Part shown: in pieces, positions 48,004 to 56,925 of the stretch
Position numbering within the stretch: the first letter of the stretch is position 1
Layout of the letters: every line of letters begins with the position of its first letter
Assembly (NCBI GenBank): GCA_965276975.1
Contig: CBDIBR010000009.1
Location: 53,938-117,937, forward strand
Source of the DNA: Rhodopila sp.
GTDB lineage: Bacteria > Pseudomonadota > Alphaproteobacteria > Acetobacterales > Acetobacteraceae
Direction: 5' to 3'
DNA length: 64,000 bases
Translations under genes and position numbers: made by a program
The notes under the pieces: generated by a model
Database searches by the model: none
Told to the model about the DNA's origin: nothing
Seen by the model: only the letters and a program-made list of their open reading frames with translations

Positions 48004-48855
48004 TCAGTCTTCCAGAAAGGCGGTGAAGGCGGCCTGATAATCAGGGTGCCAGCGGGACAGTGCCGGGCGGTTCTCGGTGATGTCCTGGGTCGCCCATAGC
48101 ATGCGCTTGTTGTCGATCGCGCGGGTCACATCGTTGTCCGGGCATATGATGTAGAAGTCGTGCTGGTTGATCCCCTCGATCAGCTGGTCCACGACCTGAT
48201 CGGGGGTCCAGGCGCCCGGCGGCTTCTCGGTGCGGTCGCCACGGGTCATGCCGGTGAAGGTCGAGCCCGGGACCAGAAGATGGGCGGAAATCCGAGCCCC
48301 TTGCTGATTGCGCAGACTGTGGGCGAGCGCCTCGGTCACCGTCTTGACGCCGGCCTTGCTGACGTTGTAGGCGGCATCGCCGGGCGGGCAGGTGATGCCC
48401 TGTTTCGAGCCGGTGTTGACGATCGCGCATTCGCTGTTTTGCGATAACATTGACGGTGTGAAGGTCTGTACGCCGTTGATCACGCCCCAGAGGTTGACCT
48501 CCAGCACCTTGCGCCAGCGATCGATATGCTCCCACGGGCCGCCGCCGGGCGCGGTGCCGGCGTTGTTCATCAGCACCGCGACTTCGCCAAAGCGGGCGTA
48601 GACCGCATCGCGCAGGGCCTGCACTGCTTCCAGGCGGCTGACGTCGGTGGCGAGTGTCAGCACCGCGTCGGCACCGGATGGCGAGGCGGCGGCAACCGTG
48701 TCAGCGGCGCGCGCCAGTGCCTCGGGCGAGAGGTCGGCGAGGCAGACCTTCAGCCCCATCGCAGCGAAGCGCCGGGCGGCGGCCAGGCCGATGCCGCTGG
48801 CGGCGCCGGTAATGACCGCGACGCGACCGGCATGAAGAGCGGGATGGTTCGGCAT
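48004..48855 (-). CDS. SDR family oxidoreductase
   Basis: TGAASGIG, NNAG and YNVSK. Confidence 0.92.
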   Translation of the reverse strand: MPNHPALHAGRVAVITGAASGIGLAAARRFAAMGLKVCLADLSPEALARAADTVAAASPSGADAVLTLATDVSRLEAVQALRDAVYARFGEVAVLMNNAGTAPGGGPWEHIDRWRKVLEVNLWGVINGVQTFTPSMLSQNSECAIVNTGSKQGITCPPGDAAYNVSKAGVKTVTEALAHSLRNQQGARISAHLLVPGSTFTGMTRGDRTEKPPGAWTPDQVVDQLIEGINQHDFYIICPDNDVTRAIDNKRMLWATQDITENRPALSRWHPDYQAAFTAFLED

Positions 48856-49091
48856 GGGGTGGTTTCCTTCGTCGTGCCCTGCCCCGGGGTTGATGTTATT
48901 GCGCGTCGGACGCAAGGGGGCCGTCAGTCTCTGAAAATAACGCACCAATACACTGGCTTTGCGCGTCGCGCACTGTGGCCAACCACCGAAGCGGCAGCCT
49001 AGCGCGCTGACTTGAAACAGATTGCGCTCTGGCTGGTTATTTGACGCGCAAGTTTGACAGCCAGACTGTTCCCGATCGGGCTGGTGCCGCT

Positions 49092-49493
49092 CTACTCCGG
49101 TGTGAAGTTCATTGCGATACCGTTTATACAATACCGCTGGTAGGTGGGTGCCGGGCCGTCGGGGAACACATGCCCAAGATGGCTGCCGCAGGTGGCGCAG
49201 TGCACCTCGGTGCGGATCATACCATGGCTGCGATCGACAGTCGTTTCGACAGCGCCTTCAACCGGATCGTTGAAGCTGGGCCAACCTGTGCCGCTTTCAA
49301 ATTTCCCTCCGGCTTCGAACAACGGGCGATCACATCCGGCGCAGGTAAAGCGACCGGGACGCTTTTCCGCCAGCAAGGCGCAGCTGCCTGGCGCCTCGGT
49401 GCCGTGCGACCGCATCACATAATACTGTTCGGGGGTCAGAACCCGGCGCCATTCTGCATCGTCGCGGGTGATCGGATAGTCTTTGACGGTCAT
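49092..49493 (-). CDS. msrB: Peptide-methionine (R)-S-oxide reductase
   Basis: HGTE, KFESGTGWPSF, HLGHVFPDGP, RYCING and two CXXC pairs. Confidence 0.96.
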   Translation of the reverse strand: MTVKDYPITRDDAEWRRVLTPEQYYVMRSHGTEAPGSCALLAEKRPGRFTCAGCDRPLFEAGGKFESGTGWPSFNDPVEGAVETTVDRSHGMIRTEVHCATCGSHLGHVFPDGPAPTYQRYCINGIAMNFTPE

Positions 49494-49543
49494 CAGGGGC
49501 TCCTTCCTGGATCCATCTGTGGTGACTACAGCACCCTTGCGCA

Positions 49544-49589
49544 ATACCGGTGATCGCCTTGGACGATACCGGTGATCGCCTTGGACGAT
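49544..49589. repeat. Perfect 22-bp tandem duplication
   Basis: ATACCGGTGATCGCCTTGGACG occurs twice, followed by AT. Confidence 0.95.
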
Positions 49590-49709
49590 GGGGTGGCCGC
49601 GCCGGCCGCACGCCGTTGTCTTGCCGCCCGATTTGACCCAGCGAGACCAACATGCGCGTCATTCAAATGGCAAAGCCGAGAACACAGTAGAAACTGGGGA
49701 GAGAGGTTC

Positions 49710-50483
49710 ATGCGCCATCGTCATCGCGCGCTGCTCGCGCTTGCAGTGGCCGCGCTTGTCGGCTGGTTGCCGCATGCGGCAACCGCGGCTCACCTCACCG
49801 CCGCTCAGGTGCGTGCCGTCGTGGCCGGTCGCCAGGGTCATAAAGTCGATCTATCCGGCAAGGACCTGTCCGGCGACGACCTGAGCGGGCTGGACCTGAC
49901 GGGCGCGAACCTGGCGGGCGCCGATCTTTCCAACGCCAACCTGCATGGGGTGAAGCTGGTGGGCGCCGATCTGACGGGAGCCCGTCTGGTCAACGCGGAC
50001 CTGACGTTCGCCTGGTTCATCGGCGCCAATTTCAACCGAACCGATCTGCACGGGGCGACGCTGCAGACCGTGGTCACCTCCAGCGGCATGGAGAACACCA
50101 AGGAGCAGGCGGCCAGCTTTGTCGACGCCGACCTGTCGGCGACGCACACAACCGTCCATTTCAGCTTCGACGACATGCGCCGGGCCAATTTCTCGCACGC
50201 GAACATGACGGTTGTCATGGCGAACCAGTCGATGGGGTTGTTGCGAACGGAGTTCAAAAGCTGCGATCTGGACGGCGCCAACTTCGAAGGGGCCGGACTG
50301 GGCCACGTGACGTTTCGCTTCGCCAAACTGCGTCACGCGAACTTTCGCGGCGCCGACGCCCGCGACGCGGATTTCATCGGCGCGTATCTGAACGATGCCG
50401 ATTTTACCGGAGCCCGAACCGACGGCGCTGATTTCGAAAGTGCGACGCTGACCGGGGTGACCGGTCTCAGCATCCCGCGGTGA
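49710..50483 (+). CDS. Exported pentapeptide-repeat protein
   Basis: Signal peptide followed by A(D/N)LXX repeats (ANLAG ADLSN ANLHG, ANFRG ADARD ADFIG). Confidence 0.9.
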   Translation: MRHRHRALLALAVAALVGWLPHAATAAHLTAAQVRAVVAGRQGHKVDLSGKDLSGDDLSGLDLTGANLAGADLSNANLHGVKLVGADLTGARLVNADLTFAWFIGANFNRTDLHGATLQTVVTSSGMENTKEQAASFVDADLSATHTTVHFSFDDMRRANFSHANMTVVMANQSMGLLRTEFKSCDLDGANFEGAGLGHVTFRFAKLRHANFRGADARDADFIGAYLNDADFTGARTDGADFESATLTGVTGLSIPR

Positions 50484-50609
50484 GGCCGCGGATTCTGGTC
50501 CACACCGGCTGCGAGCCGATCACCGGACACGGGCCGGCGCCTGAGCGACGAGTTCGATCGACGCTCGGCTGGTTTGGACCGCTGTATCTTCCCGGCTATA
50601 CCGTCCCGC

Positions 50610-51302
50610 ATGTCGATGTTATCGCCGGAAGAATGGGAGGCGGTGTGGCTGACGCTGGCGATCGCCGCGCGGGCGGTCGGATTTGGCCTGCCGATGGCCG
50701 TGCTGGTGGCGTGGATACTGACGCGATACCGCTTTCCGGGACGCGCGGTCCTGAACGCGGTGGTGCATCTGCCGATGGTGCTGCCGCCGGTGGTGACCGG
50801 CTGGCTGTTGTTGATCATCCTGGGCGTCCGCGGCCCGATCGGCTCCCTGCTGGACGAGTGGTTCGGCATTCGCCTGGTGTTCACGACGGCCGGTGCCAGC
50901 CTGGCCTGCGCGGTCATGACCTTTCCGATCATGGTCCGCTCGGTTCGGCTGGCACTGGAAGCGATCGATGGCGGATTGGAACAGGCCGCGCGAACGTTGG
51001 GCGCGGGCTATTGGGACCGGCTGGTCAACATCACGTTGCCGCTGGCCTCGCCAGGGATCCTGGTGGCGGGCATCGTCGGCTATGCCACCTGCCTGGGTGA
51101 ATTCGGCGCCGTCATCACCTTCGCGGCCAACATCCCCGGCCAGACGCAGACCCTGCCGCTGGCGATCTACACGGCGCTGCAGGTCCCTGGCGGGGAGGGG
51201 AAGGCCGCCGAACTATCGATGGTGTCAGTCCTTCTGGCGCTGGCCGGGTTGCTGCTTTCGGAATGGATCGGCAGGCGCTTGACAACCGTGCTGGGCCGGT
51301 GA
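50610..51302 (+). CDS. modB: Molybdate ABC transporter permease
   Basis: LPMVLPPVVTG, EQAARTLGA, LGEFGAVITFAANIPG and TLPLAIY. Confidence 0.95.
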   Translation: MSMLSPEEWEAVWLTLAIAARAVGFGLPMAVLVAWILTRYRFPGRAVLNAVVHLPMVLPPVVTGWLLLIILGVRGPIGSLLDEWFGIRLVFTTAGASLACAVMTFPIMVRSVRLALEAIDGGLEQAARTLGAGYWDRLVNITLPLASPGILVAGIVGYATCLGEFGAVITFAANIPGQTQTLPLAIYTALQVPGGEGKAAELSMVSVLLALAGLLLSEWIGRRLTTVLGR

Positions 51303-52378
51303 GTTCCGCGGTCGCGCTGGATCATCGGTTCGGGTCGTTCCAGGTGAATGTCGCATTCGAGGTGCCGTTGGCGGGGATAACCGTGCTGTTCGGACCATCC
51401 GGCGCCGGCAAGTCGACAATCATCAACGCCGCCGCCGGTCTGTTCCGACCCGACAGGTGCCGCATCGAGATAAACGGGGTCGTGCTTGCCGATACGAGGG
51501 CAGGCATATGGCTGCCGCCGGAGCGGCGGCGGGTTGGTATGGTGTTTCAGGACTCGCGCCTGTTCCCGCACATGTCGGTGGCGGGCAACTTGCGTTTCGG
51601 CATGCGCCGGGTCGCGCCGGGGGCGATCAAATTCGACGAGATCGTCGATCTGCTGGGCATCGGCGGGCTGCTTGGGCGGCGCCCGCACAGCTTGTCCGGC
51701 GGCGAACGCCAGCGCGTCGCCATTGGGCGTGCGCTGCTGGCGCAACCGCATCTGCTGCTGATGGACGAGCCGCTGGCCAGTCTTGATACCGCCCGCAAGG
51801 CAGAGATCCTGCCATTCCTGATCCGCCTGAAGAGCGCCCTTGGACTGCCGACGCTGTATGTCACCCACGCGCTGGATGAGGCCGCGCAGCTGGCCGACAA
51901 ATTGGTGCTAGTGGATGCCGGGCAGGTCGTTGCGGACGGAACCGTGTCCGATGTCGCCGCCCGGGCTGATCTGCCGCTGGCGCGACGCGACGACGCCGGT
52001 GCCGTGCTGATTTGCCGGGTCGAGGAGAACGCTGACCGCCGTGGACTGACACGGCTGGACGGTGGCGGCGCGACGTTCTGGGTGCCGTTGCTCAACCGGC
52101 CGGTCGGGGCAGGCTGCCGCATCCGGATACCGGCACGCGAGGTGATCCTGGCGCGCCAGTCACCCGAAGCGATCAGCTTGCACAATGTCGTGCCGGGCAT
52201 TGTGCGCCGCATCACCGACGATCCGGTCCGAGGATCGGTAATGGTGGAGATCGGCCTGCCGGACGGCGGGCTTCTGTCGCGGGTCACGCCGGATGCGATT
52301 GAGCGACTGAAGCTTTCACCGGGATCTCCGGTTCTAGGGCTGATCAAGTCCACCTCGATCGAGGTGTTGGGGGGCTGA
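51299..52378 (+). CDS. modC: Molybdate ABC transporter ATP-binding protein
   Basis: GPSGAGKS, LSGGERQR, MDEPLASLD and a C-terminal TOBE domain. The GTG start overlaps the modB stop. Confidence 0.94.
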   Translation: MSSAVALDHRFGSFQVNVAFEVPLAGITVLFGPSGAGKSTIINAAAGLFRPDRCRIEINGVVLADTRAGIWLPPERRRVGMVFQDSRLFPHMSVAGNLRFGMRRVAPGAIKFDEIVDLLGIGGLLGRRPHSLSGGERQRVAIGRALLAQPHLLLMDEPLASLDTARKAEILPFLIRLKSALGLPTLYVTHALDEAAQLADKLVLVDAGQVVADGTVSDVAARADLPLARRDDAGAVLICRVEENADRRGLTRLDGGGATFWVPLLNRPVGAGCRIRIPAREVILARQSPEAISLHNVVPGIVRRITDDPVRGSVMVEIGLPDGGLLSRVTPDAIERLKLSPGSPVLGLIKSTSIEVLGG

Positions 52379-52393
52379 TCTCCGAACCTGCGG

Positions 52394-53668
52394 TCAGGGC
52401 GAACTTCTGAGGCCGGACAAATCGCTGGCTTTCGCCCATCGAATGGAAGCGACCGGACCTGGGCGGGTTGTCCTATTCGGCACCGTCCTGGCGAAGTGCG
52501 CGGCCAGACGTCGGGAGGTGAAGCCTGCACCGTAAGCGAACCGCATCATCGGTCCGAAGCTGTTGGCCGCCGCGGTGCCGACGAAGTGCAGACCGGGAAC
52601 CGAGCTTTCAAAGCAACGCGACAGGCGCGGGGTGTGGTTAACGCAGTCGAGCTTTTCCAGCACGGCCGGGGCGAGGAACCGCAGTCGCCGCATGTCGACC
52701 CGATAGCCGGTTCCGGCGATCACGTGATCCGCCATAACCACCCGCTCACCGCCGTCCTGAAGCTTCAACGCAAGCTTTGCTCGTCCGCCGACAGCCTCGG
52801 CCCCGACGAGCCGGGCGCCCAGGATGGTCGGGATGACGCCATCGACCTGAGGTTGCAGCGTCCAACCGGGCGCCGCCGGCAAATGCTTGCGGACTATAAA
52901 GATGCGGAATTTTTCCGGCATGGCGTGAAACAAAGAGGGCATCGCGCAGCAGGCCCAGGACCGCCAGCCGGTGCCCAGACCGGACTCGGGTTCCTTGATA
53001 CGCTCGATCAGGCTGCGAGCCGCCGGCGGCCCGCAGAAGTCGATGGCTTCGCGCCGAGCGATCAATGTCACCTTGGCGCCCTTCTGGTGCATCAGGGCAG
53101 CCAGGTTGATCGCCGAGGCGCCCGCGCCGATGACCGCGACGTCGCGATCGGCGAACGTGTCTACGTCCACGTGTATGGCGCTGTGGGAGGCGAGTTCGGC
53201 AGGCAGGGCGGCGAGCTCCGGCGGCATATACTCGTAGTCGCGAATGCCGGCGGCGACGATGACGCGTCGGGTGGACGCCACATCACCATCCGCCAATTCA
53301 AGGTCGAACCCGTGCGCCGCGGGATTAACCGCGGTGACAATACGATCCTCCAGGTTTGGAACGAAGCGCTGCTGAAAAGCCTTGCCGTAGTCGATGAAGG
53401 TCGAGAGCGGGATCGGGAAACCTAGGTCCTTGTACGGAAGTCCATTGTCCGCGCAGAAGCGTGACAGCGACATTTCGCCGGCCGGATCATACAGGTTTGA
53501 GCCGTTGCCCTCGGACTTCAGCACCATCCCGGTGGGCATCGAGGTCCGCCACGTATGCATCGGGCTGCCGAAGATCCGGAAGCTTATGCCCAGGCCGGCG
53601 AGATGAGCAGCGATCGACAGACCATACGGCCCTGCACCGATAATCGCGACATCGACGATCTTAGCCAT
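52394..53668 (-). CDS. FAD/NAD(P)-dependent oxidoreductase
   Basis: IIGAGPYG, VIGAGASA, GTGY and FESSVPGLHFVG. Confidence 0.88.
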   Translation of the reverse strand: MAKIVDVAIIGAGPYGLSIAAHLAGLGISFRIFGSPMHTWRTSMPTGMVLKSEGNGSNLYDPAGEMSLSRFCADNGLPYKDLGFPIPLSTFIDYGKAFQQRFVPNLEDRIVTAVNPAAHGFDLELADGDVASTRRVIVAAGIRDYEYMPPELAALPAELASHSAIHVDVDTFADRDVAVIGAGASAINLAALMHQKGAKVTLIARREAIDFCGPPAARSLIERIKEPESGLGTGWRSWACCAMPSLFHAMPEKFRIFIVRKHLPAAPGWTLQPQVDGVIPTILGARLVGAEAVGGRAKLALKLQDGGERVVMADHVIAGTGYRVDMRRLRFLAPAVLEKLDCVNHTPRLSRCFESSVPGLHFVGTAAANSFGPMMRFAYGAGFTSRRLAAHFARTVPNRTTRPGPVASIRWAKASDLSGLRSSP

Positions 53669-54030
53669 GATATTCCCGTTCTTAAAAACAGTCTGAATTA
53701 CAAACGTTTCGCCACGAACCGCTATACAAATAACGGGGAGGAGTATGAAATCCGGGACCGCTGTTGGGTTCGCGCATCAGTTCACTTGATACAAACGCGG
53801 TGGATGGTAGCGGTTCCATCACGAACCCCTGCTGTCCCGCATGTGCTGCCATCGTCGCCCAGCCGTTCGCCATCGTAGGCAAACCTCGGATCAAGGTGCG
53901 TAATCAGCTGTTTTCATTTGCCGATCTGGTCGCTGCGGCCGCCGCCTGATGCGACGAGCCGCGCGGGCAGCACGTGTCCGTGGCGGCCGTAATGACGGAA
54001 CGTCCCGACACGTTGCCGTAGCAACATATC

Positions 54031-54588
54031 TCAAGCCTCGAGGTCGGCGTCCCAGTATAAAAAATCGAGCCAAGTCTGGTGCAGGTTTTCGCGCGAGACG
54101 TGCCACTTTGCGGCCTCGTCGATCTGGTGCGGTGTCGGTTCTGAAGGCGAGCCGCGCAGACGCAGGCCGCTTTGCTTCAGCGAGCGGCTGCCTTTGAACA
54201 GATTATCGGCCTGACAGCAGGTGACGACGTTTGACCATGTGGTGATGCCGCCTTTGGAGCGCGGCACGATGTGGTCGAACGTGAGGTCCTTGGCCGGTAA
54301 GGTATGCCCGCAATACTGGCAACTGAACCGGTCTCGCAAGAAGACGTGATAGCGGGTGAAGGCCACCTTGCGGCGCTTATGGAAGCGCTTGAGCGCCACG
54401 ACCGAAGGGATCGGGAACGAGCGGCGGGTCGAATGGACTTCCACGTCGTAGTTGATGACCGGGTTGACACGTTCCTGCAGCACCGCGACCAGGGCGTCTT
54501 GCCAGGACCAGACGGACAGCGGGCCCCAGCTGAGTGGCTGCATGTCGGCGTTCAGCACCAAGGTCTGCAGGCTGGGAATGTGGCTCAT
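54031..54588 (-). CDS. HNH endonuclease (McrA-like)
   Basis: LVLNAD, RDRFSCQYCG, TFDHIVPRSKGG and WSNVVTCC..DN. Confidence 0.92.
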   Translation of the reverse strand: MSHIPSLQTLVLNADMQPLSWGPLSVWSWQDALVAVLQERVNPVINYDVEVHSTRRSFPIPSVVALKRFHKRRKVAFTRYHVFLRDRFSCQYCGHTLPAKDLTFDHIVPRSKGGITTWSNVVTCCQADNLFKGSRSLKQSGLRLRGSPSEPTPHQIDEAAKWHVSRENLHQTWLDFLYWDADLEA

Positions 54589-54812
54589 GGGCGGCACCAA
54601 AGGCGCGACGCCGGGATCAGCGGGAAAAAGGCAATTTCCGATCGGCCGTCAGGCAAAAGCGACTCCCTTGCAGCCGGAGCGCGACACCAAGGGCAGGAGA
54701 ACCGTCGAGCCGCCAATGTCAGTGCGCCGCCGAGAACCTACCGGATTTATGACAGACCGCCAACCATGCCGCAACCCGCGTCGCCAACAATGTCCGTGAC
54801 TTCATTGTTTCG

Positions 54813-55460
54813 TCATGCAAATCCCCGCTGTAACGCCAGCGCACCGAGAGCCAGGCCAGTGTCGTCGATACCATGGCCGAGTCGCGGAATGTAGTGTGCC
54901 TCGACCGGCACCCCCGCGGCGGCCAACGCGACCGCGGCGTCGCGTGAGCGGGACACCGGGACGGCTTCGTCCGCCTCACCGTGTACCAGCAGGACCGGCG
55001 CGCGGTTGGTCAACTCGGCCTGAAGGGTTTCCGGGGCGATCAGCGCGCCGGATAGGGCCAGGATGGCGCGCGGCGCCGATGCTCGGCGCAGGCCGGTGAA
55101 CAGCGAGATCATCGCGCCCTGGCTGAAACCCACGATCGCATAGGCTTCGGCCGGAAGATCGAGGCGCGCCAGTTCGGCGTCGATAAAGCCATCCAGGTAG
55201 CTGGCCGCGGTGCGGGCGCCGGCTGCCATCACCGGCGGCGAGCGGTCGGCCACACTCCACCATTGGCGTCCGAAACCCTGATCATGACGGAACGGCGCGT
55301 CGACCGCTGCGAACAGCGCATTCGGACAGGCATGCTGCCAGGCCGGGGCGAGATCGATCAGGTCATGGGCGTCGGCACCAAGACCATGGCAAAGCACGAC
55401 CAGTTGTTGAGGTTTCGCCTTCGAGGCGGGTCCCCAATGAAGCGCTTCGAGGGTTGGCAT
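54813..55460 (-). CDS. Phospholipase/carboxylesterase
   Basis: LCHGLGAD, GFSQGAM, HGEADEAVP and LGHGID. Confidence 0.9.
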   Translation of the reverse strand: MPTLEALHWGPASKAKPQQLVVLCHGLGADAHDLIDLAPAWQHACPNALFAAVDAPFRHDQGFGRQWWSVADRSPPVMAAGARTAASYLDGFIDAELARLDLPAEAYAIVGFSQGAMISLFTGLRRASAPRAILALSGALIAPETLQAELTNRAPVLLVHGEADEAVPVSRSRDAAVALAAAGVPVEAHYIPRLGHGIDDTGLALGALALQRGFA

Positions 55461-55683
55461 CCGGTATCTCCCCATGGGTGTCGACGCGCCCGTGTCCGGG
55501 TGCAGGCGTTCGCCACAAGCTGGGCAAACCTTATCAGTGGCCTGGCCGACCTCCTCTGGCCGACCCCCTCTGGCGTTCACAAGATAGAACACCCGGCCGC
55601 GGCCGGACATAGCCTGGCCGGTGTTTTCGCCGACCTGCTTCACCGTTAAAGGCCTTTAAATTGATCCCTGGGGGAAAAACCAG

Positions 55684-56520
55684 ATGATCGTCACACGCTT
55701 CGCACCCAGTCCGACGGGCGCCCTGCACCTGGGCCATGCTTTCTCGGCGTATGTCGCCTGGCGCCAGGCGCGGCGCGCGGGCGGGCGGTTTCTGCTGCGG
55801 CTGGAGGATATCGATCCTGGCCGTTGTCGCCCCGAGTATGCCGCGGCGGTGCAGACCGACCTGGCTTGGCTGGGTCTGGACTGGGACGGACCCGTGCGGG
55901 TGCAGTCTGAGCATCTGCCCACGTACCAGTCGGTACTCGACGGGCTGGCGGAACGCGGCCTGGTGTATCCGTGCTTCTGTACCCGCGCCGACATCGCGCG
56001 GGAGATCGCAGCCTCGGCCGCGGCGCCGCATGGGCCGGACGGGGCGCCGCTATATCCGGGCACCTGCCGCCGTCTGTCGCGGGCGGAGCGGGCTGACCGG
56101 ATCGGCGGTGGCGAGCGGTTCGCGCTGCGGCTGGATATGGCGGCCGCGGTTCAACCGGGCTTGACCTATGACGAGGTCGATGAAGGTCGCATTGCCTGCC
56201 AACCCGAGCGGTTTGGCGACGCCGTGTTGGCCCGCAAGGACGCACCGGCGAGCTATCATCTGTGCGTCACGCACGACGATGCGTCGCAAGGCGTGACGCT
56301 GATCACCCGCGGGGCCGACCTCAGGCCGGCGACCGATTTGCACCGGCTGCTGCAAGCGCTGATGGGGTGGCCGACGCCCGCTTACGCGCACCACAGGCTG
56401 CTGACCGATGCCGCCGGCCGGCGGCTGGCAAAGCGGGACCGGGCAACGAACCTGGCGTCGCTCCGCGCCGAGGGGGTCTCGGCGCGGGCGATCATCCAGC
56501 GGTTCGATCAATCCCAGTAG
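55684..56520 (+). CDS. gluQ: tRNA glutamyl-Q(34) synthetase GluQRS
   Basis: RFAPSPTGALHLGH, YPCFCTR, ITRGADL and RLAKR; lacks the anticodon-binding domain. Confidence 0.93.
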   Translation: MIVTRFAPSPTGALHLGHAFSAYVAWRQARRAGGRFLLRLEDIDPGRCRPEYAAAVQTDLAWLGLDWDGPVRVQSEHLPTYQSVLDGLAERGLVYPCFCTRADIAREIAASAAAPHGPDGAPLYPGTCRRLSRAERADRIGGGERFALRLDMAAAVQPGLTYDEVDEGRIACQPERFGDAVLARKDAPASYHLCVTHDDASQGVTLITRGADLRPATDLHRLLQALMGWPTPAYAHHRLLTDAAGRRLAKRDRATNLASLRAEGVSARAIIQRFDQSQ

Positions 56521-56708
56521 TGCCAGCGGCCATGGTCGAAACGACGATGGCGATAGTGCCGATGGTGCCAATAGTAGTCGACCTGGGTGACCGCAAGCGA
56601 CTGTGACATCGCATGAAAGCCCGCCGCCGACGGCGCCGCCGAGGCCCCGAACGCCGTTAGTGCGGACAGACCAACCAGCGCGGCGATCGCGAGAAGTACC
56701 CTGCGCAT
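56508..56708 (-). CDS. Small secreted protein with His/Arg/aromatic tail
   Basis: AGGAGG RBS, signal peptide and the tail YYWHHRHYRHRRFDHGRWHYWD. Confidence 0.78.
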   Translation of the reverse strand: MRRVLLAIAALVGLSALTAFGASAAPSAAGFHAMSQSLAVTQVDYYWHHRHYRHRRFDHGRWHYWD

Positions 56709-56925
56709 TGAAACCTCCTGATGAAGACGTAGGCAACATGGTAATGGAATCCGACGTTAGGAAGACGGGACCTGGGCATTATCGCGGCAAATTGTTACGA
56801 TCCTGCATATGTCGTGCCGGGGCATGTGTCGCGCCGGCATGCGCCCCAAGGGGGATGGACAGCAGAGGATGATCCGGCGGCCGGAACCTCGGTGTGGGCG
56901 GTGCGTTCAGTGGCCGGAGGCCGCG

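Noticed and set aside
53764-53949. ORF ending in AAAAA*, reminiscent of a tmRNA tag
   Set aside because: No ANDN-type resume sequence and no tRNA-like ends were found.
54031-54588. HNH nuclease as a possible defence or mobile system
   Set aside because: It has no methyltransferase, repeats or mobile context, and sits with carboxylesterase and gluQ in a housekeeping-type arrangement.
56719-56760. CTGATGA hammerhead-like heptamer
   Set aside because: No stem II or GAAA follows.
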